Origin: Nocardioidaceae bacterium
GTDB lineage: Bacteria > Actinomycetota > Actinomycetes > Propionibacteriales > Nocardioidaceae
Direction of reading: 5' to 3'
Assembly: GCA_035477015.1 (NCBI GenBank)
Contig: DATILB010000372.1
Span: 1-55,219 of the forward strand
DNA length: 55,219 nucleotides
Shown here: positions 39,573 through 47,866 of the stretch, piece by piece
Layout: every line of letters starts with the position of its first letter
Numbering within the stretch: the stretch's first letter is position 1
The notes under the pieces: generated by a model
Database searches by the model: none
Seen by the model: the letters and a program-made list of their open reading frames with translations, nothing else
Told to the model about the DNA's origin: nothing
Program-made: the position numbers and the translations under genes

Positions 39573-42500
39573 ATGAGTTTCCTACGCAGTCGCACCCAGC
39601 GCATGGTTGCTGCCGGTGCCGCGGTCCTCGTGACCGCGGCACTCGCCGTTTCACCCACCACGTCCGCCGACGCGGCGACCCTGTTCGTCAGCCATGACCC
39701 CGCACCGGGCTGGCAGGTCGACGGCACCGTCTACACATCCCTGATCGTCGGAGACACCGTCTACATCGGTGGCTCATTCGTCAACGCGATCGCCCCCGAC
39801 GGCACTCTCGTCGAGCGGAAGAACATCGCGGCGTTCCGGATGAGCACGGGCGAGCTGGTCGGCTCCTTCGATGCCGCCGCCGGCAGCACCGTGCGCGCCT
39901 TGGCGACCGACGGTCACGCCTTGTACGTCGGTGGCAGCTTCGGGCGCCTCGGGACGACCAGCCGCAACTACGCCGGCAAGGTGGATCTCGTGACGGGTGT
40001 GGTCGACCCGTCGTTCGACCCGCAACCCGACAGCAGCGTGCGCGCCCTCGTCGTCGAGGACGGGAAGGTCTACCTGGGTGGCTCGTTCACCCATGTGGAC
40101 GGCCAGGCACGGAATCGGCTGGCCAAGGTGTCCGCCAGCTCCGGTGCGCTCGACGGGAGCTTCACTGCCGCGGCCAACAACATCGTCTACTCGCTTGCGA
40201 TGAAGTCCGGTGCTGACCGGCTGTACGTGGGTGGCTCGTTCACTGCAGTCAACGGCGTGGACCGCAACGGTCTTGCCGGTGTGGAGGTCTCCACCGGTGC
40301 AGTCGCCGGGCCCGCGTTCGCGAACTCCGCCCGACCGACGTACGCCGTCGAGGTCAACGAGGACGGCAGCCGTGTGTTCGCGGCCGGTGGGTCGGCCACG
40401 AACTCGTCGGCCGCCTGGTCGACCGTCGATGGCAGTCGTCGCTGGCGCGTCGTCACCGACGGGGACAACCAGGCGCTGACCTATTACAGAGGCGTCGTCT
40501 ACATCGGGTTCCACGACGGTTACCAAGGGGACGCCTCCCTCAAGCTCCTCGCGGTCGACGCGTCCTCGGGCGCGGTCGATGCGAGCTTCCGGCCCGAGTT
40601 CGACGACTTCTGGGGCGTCTGGACCATCGACATCTCCGAGCGGGGCCTGGTCGCAGGCGGTGACTTCACCACCGTCCAGAACATCTCGACTCGCGGCTTC
40701 GCGCTCTTCCCGGCCGTGACAGAGCCACCTCCGCCTCCGCCGACCTCCGTCTCGCTGGTGGGGCCGAACAGTTCCTGGAGCTACTGGGACCAGGGCACCC
40801 GTCCGACCGGCTGGGAGCAGCCCGGCTTCAACTCGACCAGCTGGCCGTCCGGACCACCGAGGCTCGGGTACGGCGACACGTTCGTGGACACCGTCGTCGG
40901 CTACGGCCCGTTCGCGTCGAACAAGTACCTCACCACCTACTTCCGTGCACCGTTCACACTCGATGAGCTCCCGGACTCACTCGACCTGAAGGTGTCCGTC
41001 GACGACGGTGCGATCGCCTACCTCAACGGCGTCGAGATCGGCCGCGAGAACATGCCCGCCGGCCCCGTCGGCAACACGACCCTCGCGTCGAGCGACAAGA
41101 GCGGCGGCAACGAGACGGCACTGCTGTCCATGAACGCGCCGACGTCGCTGCTGCAGCTCGGCACCAACTGGCTTGCAGTCGAGGTGCACCAGATCTCCAA
41201 GGGGTCCAGCGACCTCGGTCTCGACGTCGACCTGAACGGCCTCTACGAGGACGCCGAGCCCGCCAACCAGTCACCGGTCGCCGGCTTCACCGCGTCGGTG
41301 AACCAGCTGACGGCGACGCTCGACGGCTCCGGCTCGATCGATCCCGATGGTGAGGTCGTGGCCTACTCCTGGGACTTCGGTGACGGCACCTCGGCCACGG
41401 GGCCGACCGTCGAGCACAGCTACGACGCGACAGGCGACTACTCGGTCGTGCTGAGCGTGCTCGACGACGACGGCGCCCTCGGTTCGATCTCGCAGACCGT
41501 GAGCGTGGAGTCTGCGGTGCAGATCCTGGTCACGAAGGGCTCGTCCTGGCGCTGGACCTATCCGACGGCGGCGCCCGACCCGGCCTGGAAGAGCCTGTCC
41601 TTCAGCGACACCTCGTGGTCGCTGGGGAGTGCGCCCTTGGGCTTCGGCAGCCCGTCGGTCGTCTCGAACATCGACACCTTCGCGAGCACCTCGGAGCGAC
41701 CGAAGGCGGCGTACTTCCGCAAGACCTTCACCGTGAACAACCCGGCCAAGGTGAGTCGGCTGATCCTCGAGACCGTCGCCGACGACGGCGTCGCCGTCTA
41801 CGTCAACGGTACCGAGGTCGCCCGAGCGAACCTGCCGACCGGGACGATCACGCACAGCACGTACGCCACTGCGGCGCCACGCACCAGCAAGGTAGTGCCC
41901 CTGGTCATCGAGGTCTCGCCCGACCTGCTCGTGCAGGGGACCAACGTCGTCGCGGCTGAGACCCACCTGAACTACCGCGGTACGCCGGACCTCTCGTTCG
42001 ACCTGTCGCTCACCTCGGAGTCGGGCAACGCCCGTCCTGACCCGCAGTTCACCTGGTCGACCGACGACCTGACCGCAACGCTCGACGCGACGGGGTCGAC
42101 GGACGCGGACGGTCAGATCACCAGCTACGACTGGGACTTCGGGGACGGCACGCAAGGTTCCGGTGCCCAGATCGCGCACACCTTCGCGTCGACCGGCACC
42201 TACTCGGTGACCCTCACGGTCCACGACGACGACGGCGCGTCGGACAGCAGCACGATCGACGTCACGGTCTCGACAGCCGACCCGGTGGTCGTGCCCTTCG
42301 GGTCGGGCTGGCACTGGCGCTATGCGGCCGGAGCTCCGCCCGTGCTGTGGAACACTCTCGACTTCGACGCCGGCACCTGGGCCCTCGGACTCGGGGTGCT
42401 GGGATTCGGCGACACGTCGGTCACCACGAACATCGACACGTTCGCCACGAGCTCCGAGCGGCCGCGTGCGGCGTACTTCGTGCACCGTTTCTCGGTCACC

Positions 42501-42794
42501 GACGTCGAGACGGTCACGCGACTGCTGCTCGACACCGTGGCTGATGACGGTGCGGTCATCTACGTCAATGGCACTGAGGTTTCACGCATGAACATGCCCA
42601 CCGGCACGGTCTCGTACCTCACCTACGCCACTGCCGCGCCGCGCACTTCGAGCGCGCCGCACCTCAGTATCGAGGTTCCAGTGAGCCTCCTCGTGAACGG
42701 TGAGAACGTCATCGCCGTGGAGACCCATCTGAACTATCGAGCGACCCCTGACGTCACCTTCGACCTGCACGCCACCCTGTCGCGAGCGACCTGA
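39573..42794 (+). CDS. Secreted 1073-aa paralogue: signal peptide, beta-propeller, Pro6 linker, module A, PKD, module B, PKD, module B
   Basis: Signal …AALAVSPTTSADA. Propeller repeats (…YIGGSFVNA…, …YVGGSFGRLG…, …YLGGSFTHVDG…, …YVGGSFTAVNG…, …GGDFTTVQN…). Only 40 nt from the upstream gene, so co-transcription is likely. Confidence 0.85.
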   Translation: MSFLRSRTQRMVAAGAAVLVTAALAVSPTTSADAATLFVSHDPAPGWQVDGTVYTSLIVGDTVYIGGSFVNAIAPDGTLVERKNIAAFRMSTGELVGSFDAAAGSTVRALATDGHALYVGGSFGRLGTTSRNYAGKVDLVTGVVDPSFDPQPDSSVRALVVEDGKVYLGGSFTHVDGQARNRLAKVSASSGALDGSFTAAANNIVYSLAMKSGADRLYVGGSFTAVNGVDRNGLAGVEVSTGAVAGPAFANSARPTYAVEVNEDGSRVFAAGGSATNSSAAWSTVDGSRRWRVVTDGDNQALTYYRGVVYIGFHDGYQGDASLKLLAVDASSGAVDASFRPEFDDFWGVWTIDISERGLVAGGDFTTVQNISTRGFALFPAVTEPPPPPPTSVSLVGPNSSWSYWDQGTRPTGWEQPGFNSTSWPSGPPRLGYGDTFVDTVVGYGPFASNKYLTTYFRAPFTLDELPDSLDLKVSVDDGAIAYLNGVEIGRENMPAGPVGNTTLASSDKSGGNETALLSMNAPTSLLQLGTNWLAVEVHQISKGSSDLGLDVDLNGLYEDAEPANQSPVAGFTASVNQLTATLDGSGSIDPDGEVVAYSWDFGDGTSATGPTVEHSYDATGDYSVVLSVLDDDGALGSISQTVSVESAVQILVTKGSSWRWTYPTAAPDPAWKSLSFSDTSWSLGSAPLGFGSPSVVSNIDTFASTSERPKAAYFRKTFTVNNPAKVSRLILETVADDGVAVYVNGTEVARANLPTGTITHSTYATAAPRTSKVVPLVIEVSPDLLVQGTNVVAAETHLNYRGTPDLSFDLSLTSESGNARPDPQFTWSTDDLTATLDATGSTDADGQITSYDWDFGDGTQGSGAQIAHTFASTGTYSVTLTVHDDDGASDSSTIDVTVSTADPVVVPFGSGWHWRYAAGAPPVLWNTLDFDAGTWALGLGVLGFGDTSVTTNIDTFATSSERPRAAYFVHRFSVTDVETVTRLLLDTVADDGAVIYVNGTEVSRMNMPTGTVSYLTYATAAPRTSSAPHLSIEVPVSLLVNGENVIAVETHLNYRATPDVTFDLHATLSRAT
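40767..41240 (+). repeat. Intragenic ~160-aa module, type A, copy 1
   Basis: NSSWSYWDQGTRPTGWEQPGFNSTSW…LGYGD…KYLTTYFRAPF…DDGAIAYLNGVEIGRENMP…NWLAVEVHQ…SDLGLDVDL. Confidence 0.7.
41541..42020 (+). repeat. Intragenic ~160-aa module, type B, copy 2
   Basis: SSWRWTY…FSDTSWSLGSAPLGFGSPSVVSNIDTFASTSERPKAAYF…ETVADDGVAVYVNGTEVARANLP…ETHLNYRGT. There is recognisable DNA-level similarity to 39035-39529 and 42303-42791. Confidence 0.7.
42303..42791 (+). repeat. Intragenic ~160-aa module, type B, copy 3
   Basis: SGWHWRY…FDAGTWALGLGVLGFGDTSVTTNIDTFATSSERPRAAYF…DTVADDGAVIYVNGTEVSRMNMP…NVIAVETHLNYRAT. Confidence 0.7.
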
Positions 42795-42801
42795 CGGCCG
42801 G

Positions 42802-42827
42802 ACATTCCCTTACAGAGCAGGCGATTC
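42802..42827. promoter_or_regulatory. Locus motif copy h (degenerate), just after the stop of the second large gene
   Basis: ACATTCCCTT-acagagc-AGGCGATTC, followed by TCC as in copy e. Confidence 0.3.
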
Positions 42828-42942
42828 TCCTCTGAGCGCTCGTCCGCACGGCTGAATGAAATGACCCGTTCGGCACCGCGAAAGCCCCCCGAAAGGATGG
42901 CCGTCATGACGGTCGACTCCTACTAGATTGACCCGCTCGGAG

Positions 42943-42967
42943 GGTTCAACGTTCATAGGGGTTTCAC
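42943..42967. promoter_or_regulatory. Locus motif half-site i, immediately upstream of the third large gene
   Basis: …GTTCATAGGGGTTTCAC… resembles the right half TCTAAAGGGGTTTCGCG of copy b. It may also just provide the RBS. Confidence 0.25.
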
Positions 42968-42972
42968 TCGCC

Positions 42973-44637
42973 ATGCTCGCACCGCTGGCTGCACGTCTTC
43001 TTGCTGTCCTCATCGCTGCGGCGACGTTCGTCGTCCTGCCTGGTACCGCGCGCACCGAAGCAGCATTGGTCCTGTCGTCCGTGCCTTCACAGTCGTGGAG
43101 TGTCAACGGGCGCGTCTACACGACCCTCGTCGTAGGAGACACGGTCTACGTCGGAGGTGAGTTCACGCAGGCGGTCAGCCCGACCGGTCAGCAGGTGGCG
43201 CGCGCCCGACTCGCAGCGTTCTCCATGACGACCGGCGCGTTGCTGACGGGATGGCGGGCCGACGCCGGCTCGACCGTCCGGGCACTCGCGACCGACGGCA
43301 ACCATCTGTACGTGGGTGGTGCCTTCGGCCGGCTCGGCGGCCAGACGCATGCGTACCTCGGACGCGTGTCGCTCACCTCGGGGCAGCCGGACTCGACGTA
43401 CGCGCCGGCCACGAACGCACCCGTCCGGGCGCTCGACCTGGGCCCGCTCGGCCTCTATGTCGGAGGCACGTTCACCACGGTGAACGGGCTGACCCGCAAC
43501 CGGATCGCTTTGGTCGACACCGCTCAAGGTGCGCTCGTGCCGGGGTTCACCGGGTCCGTCGGTGGGACAGGAGTCTTCGGCATCGCCGTGAGTCCGACGT
43601 CGTCCGCGGTCTACGTTGCCGGGCAGTTCAGCACCGTCAACTCCCTCTCCCGCCCGGGGGTGGCTGCCCTGAGCTCGCAGACAGGCGCCACCATCCCGGT
43701 GTCGTTCTCGGGTGCGGTGAACCCGACGTTCGGCATCGACGTGAGCGACGACGGCGCCATGATCTTCGGTGCCGGGGGGACCGGTGCGAACCGCGCCTCG
43801 GGGTGGCGCACCTCGGATGGGGCCGCGGTCTGGCACCAGTCGACGGACGGCGACATCCAGGCGATCGACTTCTTCGACGGGATCACCTACTTCGGCTTCC
43901 ACGACGGCTACCAGCTCGACACCTCGGTGAAGCTCCGCGCCGTGAACGCGTACACCGGCGTGCTCGACCCGGACTTCATCCCGCACTTCGACGCGTTCTG
44001 GGGCATCTTCGCGATCAGCGCGACAGAGCGAGGCCTGGTCCTCGGCGGTGAGTTCACGACGGTGGGTGGCGTCTCGGCCCGCGGGTTCGCACGTTTCCCG
44101 TCGCTAGGTCAGGTGCCGACCCCGCCACCGGCGGCGCCGACGACGTACGTGTCGGCTGCGCAGCCCTGGCGCTACTGGGACCGGGGCACGCGACCGACGT
44201 ACTGGAACACGCCCGGCTTCGACGACAGTGCCTGGTGGCTCGGACAGGCGCAGTTCGGGTACGGCGACGGAGACGAGACCACGATCGTGTCGTTCGGCTC
44301 CGATGCGACCAGGAAGTACCTCACGACGTACTTCCGCACGACCTTCGAGGTCAGCCAGATCCGCGACACGGTGGTCGTCCACCTGGTGGCCGATGACGGG
44401 GCAGCGGTCTACCTCAACGGCGTCGAGGTGGTGCGCGACAACCTGCCGACCGGCGTGCTCGATGGGTCGACGCTGGCGCTCGTCGGTCGATCGGGCAGCG
44501 ACGAAGCGGCGCTGCGGGCGTTCGTCGTACCGCGCGAGGCACTGGTGCTCGGCACGAACACGATCGCGGTCGAGGTGCACCAGGACCGTGCGTCCTCGTC
44601 GGACCTGAGCTTCGCGCTGGCCCTCAGCGGGCTATGA
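42973..44637 (+). CDS. Secreted 554-aa paralogue: signal peptide, beta-propeller, module A
   Basis: MLAPLAARLLAVLIAAATFVVLPGTARTEAA, then a propeller collinear with the 39573 gene (…YVGGEFTQA…, …YVGGAFGRLGG…, …GGEFTTVGG…FARFP). ATG 42973 is preferred over TTG 42928. Confidence 0.8.
   Translation: MLAPLAARLLAVLIAAATFVVLPGTARTEAALVLSSVPSQSWSVNGRVYTTLVVGDTVYVGGEFTQAVSPTGQQVARARLAAFSMTTGALLTGWRADAGSTVRALATDGNHLYVGGAFGRLGGQTHAYLGRVSLTSGQPDSTYAPATNAPVRALDLGPLGLYVGGTFTTVNGLTRNRIALVDTAQGALVPGFTGSVGGTGVFGIAVSPTSSAVYVAGQFSTVNSLSRPGVAALSSQTGATIPVSFSGAVNPTFGIDVSDDGAMIFGAGGTGANRASGWRTSDGAAVWHQSTDGDIQAIDFFDGITYFGFHDGYQLDTSVKLRAVNAYTGVLDPDFIPHFDAFWGIFAISATERGLVLGGEFTTVGGVSARGFARFPSLGQVPTPPPAAPTTYVSAAQPWRYWDRGTRPTYWNTPGFDDSAWWLGQAQFGYGDGDETTIVSFGSDATRKYLTTYFRTTFEVSQIRDTVVVHLVADDGAAVYLNGVEVVRDNLPTGVLDGSTLALVGRSGSDEAALRAFVVPREALVLGTNTIAVEVHQDRASSSDLSFALALSGL
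44161..44634 (+). repeat. Intragenic ~160-aa module, type A, copy 2
   Basis: QPWRYWDRGTRPTYWNTPGFDDSAWWLGQAQFGYGDGD…KYLTTYFRTTF…DDGAAVYLNGVEVVRDNLP…NTIAVEVHQ…SDLSFALAL. Confidence 0.7.
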
Positions 44638-45466
44638 CGAGGTAAGCGTTTGCGGCGCGCCCGTTGAACTGGTCGGTCGCCGACTCGATCGGGCCACCAT
44701 TGCGGGCGAGCTTCCCGCCCACCGACAGCGGGACGCCAGCCTCGGGCATCACGATGGCGCCGGTCCGTCCAGGCGCCGTGGTCTCGGTGGTGGTGACGCT
44801 GCCGTCGGGAGCGAACTCGGTCAGTGTCAGCGTGACCGCGTCCTCGGTGCGGTGACACTCCACGCGGTACCACCAGCCCGGCTGGATGAAGTCGGCGGAG
44901 CGCACGGCGACGACGCCCTCGGCGCCACGCACCAGGCAGCTCGGCCGGTCGCGGTCGATCTCGACCTTGAACATGACCGGGTCGCTGGACAGCCCTCTCT
45001 GGACGAGGTTGTCGCCGTTGTCGGCAGCTGCGCCCGAGGACTCCTTGTCGATCACGAAGTCGGCGCCGAAGCGGAAGTCCGCGGTCCCGGGGTTCAGCTG
45101 GTCCCGAGTGCCGGCGTTGACGACGCGGATGATCGCGCGGGGGTAGTACTCCGTGCGGACGAAGCCGGGGAAGTCAATCGCGGGTGAGGCGCCTGCCTCG
45201 GGGCTGCCCTTCACCGTCCGCAGCGCGCCGTCGTGCAGCCGAGCCGTGTCGATGGTGACCCCGGCGGAGCCGGCCTGCTCGAGGGAGCCGTCGGGTCCGA
45301 TCCGCAGCAGGAAGGTCGCGTTCTTGGGGATGCCGGTCGCGGTCGGCGTACGCGATGAAGAGGTGGTGGGGGAGCTCGGCCCCTCGGAGTCGAGATAGAC
45401 GCTCTCCGAGCAGCCGGTCGCCGTGAGGCCGAGGAGCAGCGCGGCCCAGTGCAGACGGCCGGTCAT
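44624..45466 (-). CDS. Lipoprotein with a LamG/ConA-like jelly-roll domain
   Basis: MTGRLHWAALLLGLTATGCSES (lipobox-like TATGC), an S/T/P linker, and a beta-rich domain ending …LSVGGKLARNG…QFNGRAANAYLV. ATGA overlap with the upstream hydrolase gene. Confidence 0.65.
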   Translation of the reverse strand: MTGRLHWAALLLGLTATGCSESVYLDSEGPSSPTTSSSRTPTATGIPKNATFLLRIGPDGSLEQAGSAGVTIDTARLHDGALRTVKGSPEAGASPAIDFPGFVRTEYYPRAIIRVVNAGTRDQLNPGTADFRFGADFVIDKESSGAAADNGDNLVQRGLSSDPVMFKVEIDRDRPSCLVRGAEGVVAVRSADFIQPGWWYRVECHRTEDAVTLTLTEFAPDGSVTTTETTAPGRTGAIVMPEAGVPLSVGGKLARNGGPIESATDQFNGRAANAYLVIAR

Positions 45467-46407
45467 GACTGCACCCACGATCGCCAGGCCTGGATGGAGG
45501 GCGTGTCGTCGAGCCGGTAGTGCCCGTCCCTGGTCGAGTCGAAGTACGTCACGAAGAGTGCCTGTTTGCGGGTCAGGTACCTGCCCACCCGCTGCAGCCA
45601 CTCGGCACGGGCGGTGCCGTCATCTCCGGCGATCAGGACCGAGCCGGTCTCCGCGATGCCGAACGGCTTGTTGGTCTCGCGGGATGCCTGGACGACGGGG
45701 CCGTAGATCGAGCGCGGCGACTCGTAGGACGTCGGCGCCTCGCTGTTGTACGGGTCCCAGCCCAGGACCGAGATGTAGCGCGGACCGGGGTAGTAGTCGC
45801 GCCAGTCACGGCCGGAGGCCGCATCTGCAGTCCAGCCGGTGAGGATCAAGGTCGGGTGGAGGTTCCGGTGGCACGCGTGCGTGGCCAGGTCGACCAGCCT
45901 GCGGAACGCCTGGCGGTACTGCTTTGCGGTGAACGCTCCGGCCAGGATCTGCGGCTCCGGCTCATGGAGGTAGCTCCACAGCACCTTGCCTTCGAGTGGT
46001 GCCTCTCGGAAGAAGCGCACGATCGCGGCGTCGTACGTGCCGGCGAGCACCTCGGCCGGGGGCATCCGGAACGACGTCACGACCATCCGCTTGCCGAGTG
46101 CTGCGCTGCGGTTGCTCCAGGCGTTGGCCGGGGGCAGTGCCGGGTCGAAGATGCGCACCGCGCGGAGGCGTCCGAACTTGCGCTGCTCGGCGGCCAGGGA
46201 CTCGGTGAACGAGAGCGACACCGTGGACAGCGAGGAGCCGAAGCGGGTCCAGTCGTCGCCCTCGACAAGAGGGGCGCGCCGACAGCCCTCGCGCGCGGTG
46301 ACCTGCGGGGCTTCCTCGGCGCCACTCGGCGTGATCGCGGTGAGACCCACGACCGCCGCGAGCATGACACCGCTGGTCAACCAGTGGCGGAGAGTGGGCC
46401 GGATCAT
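45463..46407 (-). CDS. Secreted TIM-barrel (clan GH-A, GH26-like) glycoside hydrolase
   Basis: Signal MIRPTLRHWLTSGVMLAAVVGLTAITPSGA. Candidate acid/base …LWSYLHEPE… and nucleophile …PFGIAETG… The family assignment rests on motif resemblance only. Confidence 0.55.
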   Translation of the reverse strand: MIRPTLRHWLTSGVMLAAVVGLTAITPSGAEEAPQVTAREGCRRAPLVEGDDWTRFGSSLSTVSLSFTESLAAEQRKFGRLRAVRIFDPALPPANAWSNRSAALGKRMVVTSFRMPPAEVLAGTYDAAIVRFFREAPLEGKVLWSYLHEPEPQILAGAFTAKQYRQAFRRLVDLATHACHRNLHPTLILTGWTADAASGRDWRDYYPGPRYISVLGWDPYNSEAPTSYESPRSIYGPVVQASRETNKPFGIAETGSVLIAGDDGTARAEWLQRVGRYLTRKQALFVTYFDSTRDGHYRLDDTPSIQAWRSWVQS

Positions 46408-46440
46408 CGTGCGAGTGCTCCAAGCGGTCGGGCAGGACGA

Positions 46441-46465
46441 GAATCCCTTGTATTACAAGGGATTC
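46441..46465. promoter_or_regulatory. Locus motif copy e: perfect 12+1+12 palindrome between the two hydrolase genes
   Basis: GAATCCCTTGTA-t-TACAAGGGATTC, 34 nt upstream of ATG 46407 and 37 nt downstream of the stop at 46502. Confidence 0.5.
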
Positions 46466-46501
46466 TCCCCGGTCCGATCGTCCGGGCGCAAACCTGTCCG
46501 A

Positions 46502-47698
46502 CTACTGGAGCGAGGCAGAGAAGGCAGTCACAGCCTGGGGGAATGCCCCCGTCGTGATCAGGTGATTGTCCTCACGCGCGCGGTTGAAGAAGACGCCCCA
46601 GGCGATGTCGAGGGTCGAGAACTTGCTTCGGAGGTTCGAGTAGAACGTCGCCAGCGCGGCGTCCCCGAACGACGTCGGCATCCCGAACTCACCGAGCCCG
46701 ATGGGCTGGCCGTCGTACCAGGCCTGGGTGCGGATCCAGGTCATGTCACCGGTGGCGATCGTGGCCATCGTGTCCGATCCGGTGTTGGCGTATGGGTCGA
46801 AGAGGAACATGGCCGGATCGGTCGTGAACTGGTCAGCGACCGTGCCCTCGAAGACTCGGTCGTAGCCGACGATCCAGTAGGTGGTGTGGATGTTGGCGGA
46901 GGCGGCCTTCGCCTTGGCGAAGAAGATCGACAGGGCCTTTCCGTACGTCGCCGGGTTCGCCGACTCGCCGGTGACCTGGCCGGTCCGCACCTTGACCTTC
47001 ATCTCGTGGTCGATCGTCGCGTAGACCGGCACCGTCGGGTCGACCAGCGCGAGCTGCTTGAGCTGGGCGACGTACTTGTCGAGCCAGGCCAGCGCGGTGG
47101 CATTGCCTGCCACGATGTCGGCCAGGAGCTGCGTGCCCTTCGTCGTGATGGTGATGTTCGGGCTGGTCCCGCGCCTGATCCGCGCGGTCTCGTAGGCCAG
47201 GTTGATGTTCTGGTAGTCCTGGTAGTACGTCGACGCCACGTCTGGATACGCGCCGAAGTCGGCCAGGGTCTTCTCGTCGGGGCTCTCCGAGGGACCGCCG
47301 TTGTAGACGCCCAGCCCGGGCTCCGGCGGAGGCGGTGGGGTCACGGTCGGACTCGGCGTGGGGGTCGGCGTTGGCGTCGGTGTGGGTGTTGGGGTCTGCG
47401 TAGGCGTGGGGGTGGGCGTCGGCGTGGCGGTGTGGGTGGGTGACGGCTTGGTTGGCTTCGGCTTGCCATTGCCCCACCCGAGCACCGCGAGGACGGCGTC
47501 GACGACCTCGTTCTGCGTGACGGCTCGCTCGGCCTTCTGTGCGCGAGGTGGTTTCGGATCATCACCCTGGTCACTGCCACGGGCGAGTGCGGCGCTGGTC
47601 GCGCCGGCGCCGCCGAGCACGATGAGGCCCGACGTCACAGCTGCGGCCAGGCCGGTACGCCGACGAGGACGGTTAATGCGGTTGCCAGACAGATTCAT
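46502..47698 (-). CDS. Secreted (Tat-like signal) GH-A/GH26-like glycoside hydrolase with a Pro/Thr linker
   Basis: …NRPRRRTGLAAAVTSGL… twin-Arg signal, a (TP)n linker, and a catalytic-domain candidate with …ATIDHEM… and …IGLGEFG… ATG 47698 follows GGGAGAG. Confidence 0.55.
   Translation of the reverse strand: MNLSGNRINRPRRRTGLAAAVTSGLIVLGGAGATSAALARGSDQGDDPKPPRAQKAERAVTQNEVVDAVLAVLGWGNGKPKPTKPSPTHTATPTPTPTPTQTPTPTPTPTPTPTPSPTVTPPPPPEPGLGVYNGGPSESPDEKTLADFGAYPDVASTYYQDYQNINLAYETARIRRGTSPNITITTKGTQLLADIVAGNATALAWLDKYVAQLKQLALVDPTVPVYATIDHEMKVKVRTGQVTGESANPATYGKALSIFFAKAKAASANIHTTYWIVGYDRVFEGTVADQFTTDPAMFLFDPYANTGSDTMATIATGDMTWIRTQAWYDGQPIGLGEFGMPTSFGDAALATFYSNLRSKFSTLDIAWGVFFNRAREDNHLITTGAFPQAVTAFSASLQ
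47321..47461 (-). repeat. Low-complexity coding repeat encoding a Pro/Thr linker
   Basis: Translates to KPKPTKPSPTHTATPTPTPTPTQTPTPTPTPTPTPTPSPTVTPPPPPEP. The DNA is a degenerate GGTGTGGG/GGCGTCGG-type periodicity. Confidence 0.8.
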
Positions 47699-47840
47699 GA
47701 GGAGCTCTCCCAAACGTCCTATGAATTGCGCGATGCGGGTGGGGGGTCCCCGCGACAGCGAGCCTAGTGATGAATCACCCCAAGCCGCACCTATTCCTCA
47801 AATCGGATAAGTCGCCGTTTCGGTAGGGGTCCGGCGGCCT

Positions 47841-47866
47841 GATTCACCTATGAAAGAGTTCTCGCG
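47841..47866. promoter_or_regulatory. Possible degenerate locus motif copy j abutting the cysQ start
   Basis: GATTCACCTATGAAAGAGTTCTCGCG resembles copy c (…GTTATTCTAGAGTTTCGCG). It may simply contain the cysQ RBS. Confidence 0.25.

Noticed and set aside
42928-42972. TTG start proposed by the ORF track for the third secreted protein
   Set aside because: ATG 42973 begins directly at a typical hydrophobic signal peptide (MLAPLAARLLAVLIAAA…). The 15 extra residues add nothing recognisable. The call remains uncertain.
47321-47461. Periodic DNA repeat that could be mistaken for a CRISPR or VNTR array
   Set aside because: It lies inside a well-supported ORF and translates to a (Thr-Pro)n linker. 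There is no repeat-spacer architecture and there are no cas genes.
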